Below, piece by piece: positions 40,614 through 50,447 of a stretch of DNA of 64,000 bases; position 1 is the first letter of the stretch, and the number at the start of each line of letters is the position of its first letter. A program made the position numbers and the translations under genes. The notes beneath the pieces are model-generated. The model searched no databases and was not told the DNA's origin. It worked only from the letters and a program-made list of their open reading frames with translations. The stretch comes from an uncultured delta proteobacterium (GTDB lineage Bacteria; Desulfobacterota; Binatia; UBA9968), in the NCBI GenBank assembly GCA_963745835.1, contig CAVUZH010000003.1, forward strand, positions 192,001-256,000, given 5' to 3'.

Positions 40614-41149
40614 AGAACCGGGTCATTAGAAACGCTGTGTACAGCCAGAAGAACCGAATTGAGCCAATGGATCAAGCGAGAACGTCTACTCTTTTGGAAC
40701 TCATCACCGAAGGAAGATCGCCAATGCAAATCCAGTCGGCGGAGTTATTGTTGGAAAATTTGCGGGTTTCGACGCTGCGGGAGATCCGCTAGTCAATTTT
40801 GTCGCCGATATCGATCTGCAGAGATATCGTCGCACGTTCCATGATCGCGCTCAGAGAAGACCAAGTAGGATCTGACGTTGTTCTCGCTTTTGAACATGGC
40901 GACTTAGCAAAGCCCATTGTCACGGGTCCCTTTGGCAGCGCGAAGATCCTCGTTCGCAAAAACTAGTTGTGGCAGAAGCTCGACGGAGAGCGTATAACTC
41001 TAACCGCTCAGAAAGAAATAGTTCTCCGTTGCGGCAAGGCGAGTATCACGCTGACTCAAGCAGGCAAAGTTCTCATTCGAGGAGCTTATCTTTCCAGTCA
41101 TTCATCAGGTGTGAACAGGATCAAAGGCGGTTCTGTCCAAATCAACTAG
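40610..41149 (+). CDS. DUF6484-family VgrG/gp5-like spike accessory protein (several indels)
   Basis: Reconstructed ARSMIALREDQVGSDVVLAFEHGDLAKPIVTG...DGERITLTAQKEIVLRCGKASITLTQAGKVLIRGAYLSSHSSGVNRIKGGSVQIN*. Confidence 0.8.
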
Positions 41150-41258
41150 CTGAGACGCTTGACGTTTTATTGCAGTCAAGCGCAGAAAACGCAAATCGTC
41201 GGCAGAGCCGGACCACCCATGACGGCGATAGATCCGCTTCTCAGTTGCACTTGCACCG

Positions 41259-42532
41259 ATGAGCTTTACTGAGAGTGAGACTTCTACTGTTATCAAGGCG
41301 ATAATTGAGCAGCACGCGGACGAGGCCGCTTTTCTGTGGACCGTGCGAGATCGAGCTGTGCTTTCATCCAGCTACTCTCTTAAAGATACTTTCAGCCTTA
41401 GATGAACGAGTTGAAGCACATCTCGATGGCCTGCGTGTCGCCGGTCCGTTTGGCTGGGAGGCCTGTGAACAGGCTTTGGATCAAGCGGAACCTGGATGTG
41501 TGTTCCCGGCTACGGTGCTGGCGTTTGATAGTGGCGATGCTGAACGGATTCGCCGAGTTTTGCAAATAGCTTGTTTGTCGCCCGAGTTGCAGCGGGGACT
41601 CATTTCGGGTCTTGGATGGTTACCTTTTAGCAAGATCGAGGCAGACCTAAACGATATCCTTGTTTCTGAACTTCCGGAGATGCGCTGTATAGCCATTGCA
41701 GCTTTTGCTGCGCACCGTCGGGATCCTGGTGAGCCGTTAATGCAAGCACTATCTGATCCGAATGCTCGATTGCGGGCACGAGCACTCAAAGCTTGCGGAG
41801 AACTAGGGAAGGCGGATTTCTTGCCTCTGATTTTGAAGTCCATTTCAGATCAAGACGAGAGTGCCGTTTTTTTGCGGCCTGGTCTGCAGCTCGCCTTGGA
41901 GATCGATCGCAGCAAGTTGCTCAGACACTGAAAGAGATCGCATTTGGCGACGAGTGAGTATGCGGAACGGGCGTTAGACATTGCTCTGAGGATTATGAAT
42001 TTTCAAGACGCAAAAAGCTGGTATCAACACCTCAAGAGAGAACCTGCTCAACTCCGTACAGCAATAGATGCAGCCGGAATTATCGGAGTCCCAGAATTCG
42101 TAACAGACTTGATTGATTTCATGAAGCATCCAGCCGATTGCGCGGCTTGCCGGGCAATCGTTCTCGATGATTACGGGGGTGAATCTCGCCTACGAGAATC
42201 TGAGCGGAGATAAGCCAGAGGATTTTGACGCTGGACCAACAGAAGATCCCGAAGATGAAAATGTGGCAATGGATCCGGATGAGAATTTACCGTGGCCTGA
42301 CGCGGCGTTAGTGACAAAGTGGTGGAATCAGCATCGGCCGAAGTTCCAAGCTGGCAGACGATATCTCAGAGGCAAGGAAATCGCCACTCAATCACTTCGC
42401 GAGGTCTTGATCGAAGGAAATCAGCGCGAGCGTGCCGTGGCAGTTTTGGAGTTAGCTGTTAAAAAGCCGGCAGAGCGTTTGTTCGAAGTCCGGGCTCGGG
42501 CAGCATTCCAATTCGAGGCATTGAGGCTCTAG
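41259..42532 (+). CDS. TIGR02270-family HEAT-repeat protein (several indels)
   Basis: IIEQHADEAAFLW...LDERVEAHLDGLRVAG; C-terminal GPTEDPEDENVAMDPDENLPWPD...WW...GRRYLRG. Confidence 0.85.
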
Positions 42533-42585
42533 AACTTTTGGACGAGTGAAGAAGAACATTACTTGCTAAATCGGCTTAGCATAGG

Positions 42586-43974
42586 ATGGCGTGCATGAAT
42601 CATATCAAGCCGTATGACGAGCTGCCTTACAAATGCCTTCCGATCGAATGGACGGCGCCCGAGCGACTTGCGCTCGCTTCCATTCTGCATGGAGGCCCGC
42701 GACCCTCGCTCGACACATACAGAGTGCTTGAGCTTGGATGTGGAAATGGAGCGAATCTATTGCCGCTGGCGTATTATCGGAGGCACGCAACTTTTGTCGG
42801 TCTAGACGGCGCTCTTACCCAGATTGAAATCGCCGATGCTCGCAAATCAGCACTGGAGTTATCCAACATCGAATTTATTCACTCGAATTTCTTTACAGCA
42901 GCCCAGAGACTCTGGGGTCAGTTCGACTTCATTATCGCTCACGGCATCTTTTCATGGGTAACCAACGACGTCCGTGATGCTCTGCTAGAGCTCTGCGCAC
43001 AACACCTTCGCCCCGGTGGTCTGCTCTACCTGAATTATAATACAAGACCGGGCTGGAACGTGCGTGGCATGGTAAGGGAGTTTCTTCTCGCGCAGACAGC
43101 CGGGACGACAAGCCTCCAAATGCGAGCTCAGGCCGCCCAGGATGTTGCAGCCAAAATCGTTTCGTCCCTGACGATAGCTGAACATCCTTACTCGCAACTG
43201 ATGGCTAACGAGTTTCGATTTGTTTGTGAGAATCATGTGTCCTATGTCGCGCACGAATACCTCGCGTCCGAAAACCATCCCTATTGGAGAAGCAAATTCC
43301 TGGGATTGGCGCGAGCCTATGGACTTGAGTATGTGACCGACGCAGACTTCTGTTATAGCTCGGGGCGACTTCCTGAAGACTTGGTATCACGACTCAGTGA
43401 AGAGCAGATTGCAGGACGTACGCTCGATGATACCGTGGACCTGCTGTGCTATCGACAACTGCACTCTCCAATCCTGACGCATAGCCCATTGACATTGCGA
43501 CCTCCGAGCATCGAGGAGTTCGCGAACCTAATCGTCGCTTCGTGTCTCGTACCCTGTGCCTCGAACAATACTGAGAACCCAATGTTCCAACATCCGTCCG
43601 GCTATCAGGTTGAAGCAAAGACGGTAGATATGGCGACTGCACTCAGCGGGTTACAGTCGCTGTGGCCACGAGGCCTCCGTATAGGTACTTTATTCCCAGA
43701 TGTGAGGGGGATCATCGATGATCTGAAGCTTCTACAGCGGAACGGACTCATCGAACTGCGTTGCATTGAGCCCGGCGAGTTTAGTGTCGGTCGGACGCCG
43801 CTAAACAGATTGGAGAGCCGGTGGGGCGATTATGTTACGTCTCCCATATCACACACCGGAAGCTGTCCCGAAGCGAGTTTGGAAGCCGATCCTGTTGATA
43901 TGAACGCTAACTCGCAAGTCAGGTCTCTGGAGCGGACAGCGCAACAATCTCTTGTCTCTTCATGTCGCCGCTAA
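42586..43974 (+). CDS. Second PKMT-like class I SAM methyltransferase with MethyTransf_Reg-like domain
   Basis: PYDELPY..APERLALASILHG, VLELGCGNGANL, FDFIIAHGIFSWV, LYLNYNTRPGW, YVAHEYL. Confidence 0.82.
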   Translation: MACMNHIKPYDELPYKCLPIEWTAPERLALASILHGGPRPSLDTYRVLELGCGNGANLLPLAYYRRHATFVGLDGALTQIEIADARKSALELSNIEFIHSNFFTAAQRLWGQFDFIIAHGIFSWVTNDVRDALLELCAQHLRPGGLLYLNYNTRPGWNVRGMVREFLLAQTAGTTSLQMRAQAAQDVAAKIVSSLTIAEHPYSQLMANEFRFVCENHVSYVAHEYLASENHPYWRSKFLGLARAYGLEYVTDADFCYSSGRLPEDLVSRLSEEQIAGRTLDDTVDLLCYRQLHSPILTHSPLTLRPPSIEEFANLIVASCLVPCASNNTENPMFQHPSGYQVEAKTVDMATALSGLQSLWPRGLRIGTLFPDVRGIIDDLKLLQRNGLIELRCIEPGEFSVGRTPLNRLESRWGDYVTSPISHTGSCPEASLEADPVDMNANSQVRSLERTAQQSLVSSCRR

Positions 43975-43985
43975 GGTAAAGAAGA

Positions 43986-45012
43986 ATGTGGGCCGTAACA
44001 AATCGTACTCCTTATAAAGTTGGGCGTGTTTGGGGGCGTGACAAGGACGGTGTCCACGAGTGGATTGTGGCCGTCAAGGGCACTTTCGACATCAAGCCTG
44101 ATGGCAGTCTCAGGCTTGCCGATGAGCAACTCGAACCATTGCTGCTGCCGGAGTATAACGGCGAGCCAGGTGTATCGAGCCTGCGCTACGACGCTGATCT
44201 TGTTGCACCAAAGCCCACAACGGATGTGGTGGTCAATGGCACGGCATATGCGCCAAAAGGACACCCGAGCACAGACTTTCTCGTTTCGGTTCGCGTAGCT
44301 CGGATCCAAAAGACGATTCGAGTCAGAGGTCACAGCGAGGATGGAAGCGGGGGCTGTTCGGTCTCGAACCATCGGCTCGGAACCGATCACTAAACTTCCG
44401 ATCATCTATGAGCGCGCTTACGGTGGATACGATCAAACGGATCCTGATCCGAAAAAGCAACGCATAGATTTGCGAAATCCGGTGGGCTGCGGCGTAGTCG
44501 GCGAAATCAAAAAATCGAATTGGTCAGCATTACCCAATTTCGAATACCCCAAAGGAAAGCTAGAAAAGGCCGGCCCTGCCGGCTTTGGCGCCATCGACAG
44601 CTATTGGTCGCCGCGACACGAACTGCAGGGCACATACGACAAAGCTTGGCAGAAGGATCGTTACCCACTTTTGCCTAATGATTGGGATCCACATTCCCTG
44701 TTGTGTTCGCCCCCAGACCAGCGCCCCAAAAAACACCTGCATGGCGGCGAACTCGTCGAACTAGAGAATCTGACACCGAACGGCAAGCTCCGCTTTACCC
44801 TGCCGACGGCTTACCTACGTTTCCTGACGCACATCGACAATCGCACTGAAGAACACGAGCGTCGGCTGGCCACGGTGATCATCGAGCCCGATTATCCACG
44901 CCTGATCATGGTGTGGCAGTCCGTGCTGGCGGTTCGTAATGACGGCGATTATCTCGATGAGACCGTCGTGACTGAGAACGAATATTTCGGAAGGCTGGCA
45001 TCGAATGGCTAG
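43986..45012 (+). CDS. DUF2169 T6SS effector adaptor (indels near 44335-44380)
   Basis: VAVKGTFDI, DADLVAPKPTTDV, YERAYGG, RNPVGCG, PAGFGAID..WSPR, LHGGELVELENL, TVIIEPD. Confidence 0.88.
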
Positions 45013-46073
45013 TTCGATTCAGATCGTCGGAATTGGCGCGCGGACGCCCCTCGGTGATGCGGCCACCGCCGCGGCCGCCGTTCGAGCAGGACTGACGGGG
45101 CTCGGCCAGCATCCCTTCATGTTGGATCGCGACGCCGTTCCTATCCCCGGCCGCCCTCGTCGCGGAGCTCGATCTGACCGACATGGGTCCCAAGCGCCTG
45201 CTCGCATTGGCCGAACCCGCGCTGCGCGACGCTTGCGCGTCGCTCGACTCCGGCAGGTCGGTTCGACAGCGGTTGCCTGTTTTCCTGGGACTGCCGGCGC
45301 TCCGGCCCGGATTCACCGAAAAGTATGCCGAGGCCGTGCGAACCGGATTGGCTCGACTGGACGGGCTCCCGGCGGACCTCGCTGAAATCACGGTTTTCTC
45401 CCATGGGCACGCGGCGGGAGTATCGGCCTTGGCGGCAGGGTTCGAGCATCTCCACAACTCCACGTTCGAGGTGTGCCTCGTCGGAGGTGTGGACAGCTAT
45501 TTCCACGCCGACACGGTGGACTGGCTCCTCGCGAATCGCCAACTGGCCGGCGCGGTCTCGCGTTCCGGTTTTGTGCCAGGTGAAGGAGCGGCGTTTTGTT
45601 TGCTGGCCACCGACAAAGGTCTCAACCGTCTTGGTCTGAAGCCCATGGCGCGCGTGCGTGCGGTGGCCGTCGGTAAAGAAACGAAGTTGATCAAGACAAC
45701 GGACCTGTGCCTCGGCGAAGGTCTAAGCGCAACCGTGAGAGACGCGGTGAGTGGTCTGCGACTTCCCGATGAAAGGATCAACGAAATCTATTGCGACATC
45801 AACGGCGAACGCTACCGCAGCGAAGAGTGGGGATTTGTCTGCCTGCGCTTGGCACAGTACTTCGACGATGCGACAACGTATCATTCGCCGGCCGAATGCT
45901 TGGGCGATATGGGCGCCGCCTCGGGACCGTTCTTTGCGATCCTGGCATGCCAGGCCTTTGCGCGCCGTTACTCCAGAGGACCGCGCGTCATGTTGTGGGC
46001 GAGTTCGGAAGGTGGCCAACGAGGTGTCGCGGTGTTAGAGGATTCGACGGCGGGACTGAAAGAAAGGAATTAA
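45005..46073 (+). CDS. Thiolase/ketoacyl-synthase-like T6SS accessory protein, PRK06147-type (indels near 45150-45180)
   Basis: IVGIGARTPLG...AAVRAG, LVGGVDSY, GFVPGEGAA, CDINGERYRSEEWG, GDMGAASG. Confidence 0.85.
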
Positions 46074-46074
46074 G

Positions 46075-46898
46075 GTGCCAAGTGTAGCCATCCATCCGCC
46101 GAAGACGCCGGTCCATAAAGGCAGCCACACGATCGCAAAAGCCACCATTCCAAACATCTGCAAGATGCCGGGGCCGCCGGCGCCGTTCGTGCCCGCCCCG
46201 CTGCCGAACATCGCCAAGTCGGAACTCTCGCCGAAAGATTACTCGACGACGGTCAAGATCGAAGGCAATACGGTCGCGATCAGAGGTTCGACGTTTGAAA
46301 GCATCGGCGATATGGCCAGCAAAGGCACCGGGGGTGGCTTGATCTCGGCCAATTTCACGGACCGGCCAAGTTCATCGCCCCCGGTTCGATGACCGTCAAG
46401 ATCGAGGGGAAGAACGTCCATTTGCTTGGCGACTCGATGCTCAACAATCTGGGGCCGAGCGGCAGCCCGCCGAACACGGGCGCGACCATGATGGGTGCGG
46501 ATCATGCGGACCTGTCGATGGAATCGAGGTGCAAGAAGGCACGCGAAAGAAGCGGAAGACTGGCGAATGAATTCAGGCACGGCCTGGACCAGCCGATGAG
46601 AAGCCGGCAATCGTGCAGTGCTGTCGATACGAATGGCAGATTGAGTACAGGGGTGAGAGGTTCCAGCTACCTCTGGTGAGTGACCTCGCAAAACAGTTTC
46701 CGTCTCCGCATAACCACAAATGTGCTGAATTGACGGCCATTTCCAGAATATCAGCATGCATGGACTGGAGACGGTGCGGGATGCGTTATCACAACAGTCA
46801 ATGTGCGAAGACCAGGTCATGAAGATCACAACACAAAGGAACCGGCCTGCCCGGGGTGCAAACCGCTGCTGGAGGCCTTAGGCATCATCAGATGTTGA
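46075..46898 (+). CDS. PAAR-like (DUF4150) effector with C-terminal YwqJ-like deaminase toxin domain (multiple indels)
   Basis: N-terminal PNICKMPGPPAPFVPAPLPNIA, TVKIEG x2, LGDSMLNN; C-terminus across frames HNHKCAELTAIS...VITTVNVRRPGHEDHNTKEPACPGCKPLLEALGI. Confidence 0.7.
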
Positions 46899-46914
46899 GG
46901 CCCGGAGAGCTCAG

Positions 46915-47407
46915 ATGGATATTTGGAAGGACTTGACGACCAGAGAAATGCAGGCTTATGGAGCCTTATGTCTGCATCGCTTTTGCAAAGCCACAGGATC
47001 AACATCGATCCATTGATGAACTGATCGACCATCTTCTCTCAATGCTGGTCTCCTATCCCTTGGACAAGTGGGAACGCCGAGGAGCGCGCCTGCACTTGAA
47101 CAGGTAGAGGCTGGGATCCGCTTCCGGCATCTCTGAACGACCAGCTTCCCGAAGAACTTCGGAAAGACTTCGCCCGGTTCGTCGAAGACGTTGTGGATAT
47201 CGGCTTCTGCGATATGTATGGGGCCCCCACGACCAAATCGCTGAAGTATTTATAAAAAGCTTGACGTTTCTGGACGAACACGGGATTGAGCGTCCAGACG
47301 TGGCCGAACTCTTTAAGAATCGCACCCCGAGAGGGGGGACCGCTCCGGACTTGGGAGAAGTATTCTCTCAGGAACGATACGAGCAGGTGAGAGCGTTGTT
47401 CCGATAA
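46915..47407 (+). CDS. Probable immunity protein (multiple indels; missed by the ORF track)
   Basis: GGAG RBS at 46904, ATG 17 bp after the toxin stop; reconstructed MDIWKDLTTREMQAYGALCLHRFCK...IDELIDHLL...GRGWDPLP...VVDIGFCDMYGAPT...LDEHGIERPD...YEQVRALFR*. Confidence 0.55.
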
Positions 47408-47512
47408 CGTGACCTGGCACGTCGATCCAATAGGCTGCCCCACACATGTTGTCGATCTATGGAATGCCTGTCCGGTGTGACTTGTCTCGTTGCGGAGGCG
47501 AACCGATAGACC

Positions 47513-47830
47513 GTGCGTGCCAACCCATACGACGAGCTACCCTACAAATCGCTCCCCATCGAATGGACCGCACCCGAACGCCTTGCGGTGGCTTCGCTCC
47601 TTCATGGGGGTCCCCGAGCGCCGGTGGAGACCTATCGGGTTCTGGATCTGGGCTGCGGCAACGGTGCGAACGTCGTACGGCTAGCGTACTATCGGAGACA
47701 GGCCGCCTTTGTGGGTTGACGGTGCAGCGAGCCAGATCGAACTCGCGAACTTTTGGAAGTCGGCTCTGGACCTCTCCAACATCGAGTTCATCCACACGGA
47801 TTTCCGCACTTGCCCAACTCGTCTGGGGTC
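47513..47830 (+). pseudogene. 5' fragment of a third PKMT-like methyltransferase, truncated by a transposase element
   Basis: 51 of 64 residues identical by manual count to the N-terminus of 42586..43974; similarity ends at the W-G-Q codons. Confidence 0.85.
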
Positions 47831-48120
47831 AAATCTTTATCTATAATTTTAGACTCGACTAATCTTCTCATTTCGTGTTAAGAGTTGATCATGGCCCGGC
47901 CCTTGAGAATCTTTTATCCCAATGCGGTTTATCATGTTACCTGTCGAGGTAACGATAGAAAGAATATCTTCGAGACGATAGGGATCGGCGAGTGTTCCTG
48001 AAACACCTCCAGAATTCAAGAGAGATCTACGGCGTCAAGGTTCAAGCCTACGTGTTGATGAGCAATCATTTCCACTTGATCCTGGAGACGCCGAAGGCCA
48101 ATCTTTCCGAGTTTATGTGC
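47825..48120 (+). mobile_element. Truncated Y1/RAYT transposase copy with its leader
   Basis: Leader GGGGTCAAATCTTTA; ATG 47891 MARPLRIFYPNAVYHVTCRGN...YVLMSNHFHLILETPKANLS, then breaks off. Confidence 0.8.
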
Positions 48121-48133
48121 TTCTGGGCAATCA

Positions 48134-49186
48134 GGGTCAAATCTTTACATATGATTTAGCTAGACTGATTCTTTCGTGGGCTTGCTATGGGTTGGTCATG
48201 GCACGGCCCTTAAGAATTCTTTATCCCAATGCTTTTTATCACGTTACCTGTCGAGGGAACGATAGAAAGAAGATTTTCGAGACGATCGCGACCGGCGAGC
48301 GTTCCTAGAAAAGCTAAATACCTCAAGGGAAATCTATGGCGTTAATGTTCAAGCATACGTGCTGATGAGCAATCATTTCCATTTAATTGTAGAGACGCCC
48401 AAGGCCAACCTCTCCGACTTCATGAGGCATTTTAATATTGCATATACCGGCGCCTATAATCGCCGACACAAGAGAGTAGGACATCTATATCAAGGGAGAT
48501 ACAAAGCCATATTGGTGGATAAAGACAGCTACCTGTTGGAATTGAGCCGCTATCTTCATTTGAATCCAGTTAGAATCAAAAGCTCTCGAGAGCGCAGCTA
48601 TCAGGAGCAGATCAAAACCCTGGAAGGATACACCTGGAGTAGTTTAGGCGGTTATATAGACACCAAGAAGAAGGTTCCTTGGATCACTTATGATCAAGTG
48701 CTAAATCAGGTCGGCGGTTCCCGAACCAAATACAAGGAGTTTGTCAAAGAGGGCATGAAAAGTGGCTATCGGACACCATGGGACAAAGTGGAGGGGCAGA
48801 TGGTTTTGGGAGATAAGAGATTCTTACAGAAGCTCAAGGGCAAATGGGAGAAAGCGGCATCGCGACGCGAGCAGCCATCGGCGAGAGCGTTCTCCGCAGT
48901 TGACTCTGAAGCGGTGATACGAGCGGCAAGTGCATATTTCAAGATCGGGCGAGAGGAACTGAGCAAGAAACGAACTCGTTATCGAGACGAGCGCAGCGTT
49001 GTGATGAATTTGATGTATCGCCTAAGCGCGATTAGTCAGGCGGAGATTGGACGGACACTAGGAGGTCTAGACTACACCGCTGTGAGTCGGGAACGCAAAA
49101 GACTGCGAGATAAAATAGCGGTCGATCAGAAGCTCAGACGAGCGATGGAAAATTTGGAAACTAAATTAGGCACCTAACATTTGACC
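48134..49186 (+). mobile_element. REP-associated tyrosine transposase (RAYT, Y1 HUH) with C-terminal HTH; CDS 48198..49177, indel near 48278
   Basis: MARPLR..YHVTCRGN, HUH motif NHFHL, GHLYQGRYKA, YLHLNPVR, YTWSS, HTH SQAEIGRTLGGLDYTAVS; flanked by inverted GGTCAAAT (48135) / ATTTGACC (49179). Confidence 0.85.
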
Positions 49187-49377
49187 AGCGACGGTCTTCT
49201 AGATAGCGCATAAATCAGACTACTGAAGCAGCAATGCTGAGAGCAGTCGGAATACTGGAAGGCGGTCATCAAAAAATTTCGACGAGTGATGAGCTAACTT
49301 TCGAGTGAAGGCTTTGCCGCTAGTACTCATATTGGCTATTTGATCTCACGGCATCAACGAGCGTCGGTTAGTTCTCC

Positions 49378-49560
49378 ATGACTGATCCGGGTTTTAAGAT
49401 TTCATTCATTTTCTTTGCCCTGGCCGTGATCTTTTTGGTTGTCTCGGTTAGAGATTATTCAAGAAACAAAGGTAAAACAAATCCGGCGCGGCAAACCTGG
49501 CTCAGAGTTTCTTTTATCTTTGCTGCGGTCGGAATTGTGCTCGCTTTGATGCACATCTGA
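49378..49560 (+). CDS. Small two-TM membrane protein
   Basis: 60 aa with two hydrophobic segments around a basic loop. Confidence 0.55.
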   Translation: MTDPGFKISFIFFALAVIFLVVSVRDYSRNKGKTNPARQTWLRVSFIFAAVGIVLALMHI

Positions 49561-49652
49561 GAACGAAGGGAAATCCATCGTGCTTTGGTCTGGTTTGCCT
49601 TGACACGTCAGGCCGCATCTAAACGGTCTGGCATGGAAGCGAAGGACGTCAG

Positions 49653-50231
49653 ATGAAGATCTCGCTCAAGACTTTCCATCAATCTAGATTGTGTTTGCGG
49701 ATTCTGCTCGTGACCGCGATACTGACTAGCTGCACTCCTGCCGTACCGCGAACCTTGCCGCCGGAGAGCTACAACGGGCCGACGGCGGAGCAACCGTTAT
49801 TCCAAAAAGGAGATTTCTGGATCTACGAAGCGGGTAACGCGGCGCGTACGAAGTCGACGGGATTATACCCAAACCTGAACTTCCCGCTTTGGATTGGCAA
49901 AACTTGGAGCTATGAAACCGAGGTCCGGAGGGCCCATTTGCCGCCAAGCAGTATGGGTTCCCCTTTGCGTGGACAGGTCGATTGCGCTGTAAAGGCGGTC
50001 GACAAACTAACCGTCAGGGCGGGAACGTTCGAGGCATTTCGATGCGAATGCGATTGCGAACTTTTGATTGGTGAAGGGCAATACCAGTCGGGCTGCGGCA
50101 CGTGGACGATTTGGTACGCGCCGGATGTTAAAAACGTGATCCAAACAAAAACGGCGAGCACCTCTAGTTCGGTCGAATTGATCCAGTATAAAATCTCCCG
50201 TGCCAGTGCGGGTACAAAAATGGCTCCTTGA
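49653..50231 (+). CDS. Predicted lipoprotein, beta-rich
   Basis: Lipobox LTSC; LTVRAGTFEAFR...TIWYAPDVK motif. Confidence 0.65.
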   Translation: MKISLKTFHQSRLCLRILLVTAILTSCTPAVPRTLPPESYNGPTAEQPLFQKGDFWIYEAGNAARTKSTGLYPNLNFPLWIGKTWSYETEVRRAHLPPSSMGSPLRGQVDCAVKAVDKLTVRAGTFEAFRCECDCELLIGEGQYQSGCGTWTIWYAPDVKNVIQTKTASTSSSVELIQYKISRASAGTKMAP

Positions 50232-50447
50232 TTACGAAAATTGATCTCTCACTTACGAACGTTAAACGTTGTCAAATGATCTGGTTGATCTTTAGTAAGC
50301 CATTTAAGTACTGTAGGCACATTAGGTGGTCTAACCGTTTTCGCTTTTCCCGATACTGATGATGTCCCATGGTACGCCACTAACGATTAACAATGCTGCA
50401 TCTTCTCCCCTAAATTCGACTCGCAACAATACTTAGAGGATTTCCCA

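Noticed and set aside
29799-43974. DNA methyltransferases / restriction-modification
   Set aside because: No DPPY/NPPY or PC catalytic motifs and no nuclease; the motifs match PKMT-like enzymes.
45005-46073. PKS/fatty-acid biosynthetic cluster (ketosynthase plus methyltransferases)
   Set aside because: No ACP or acyltransferase, no catalytic Cys, and the gene sits in a standard T6SS adaptor cassette.
46826-47443. Minus-strand ORFs 46826..47032, 47039..47443 and 47053..47325
   Set aside because: Antisense shadows of the frameshifted plus-strand toxin end and immunity gene.
47825-48420. Assembly duplication of the transposase 5' end
   Set aside because: The two copies differ at many synonymous and non-synonymous sites.
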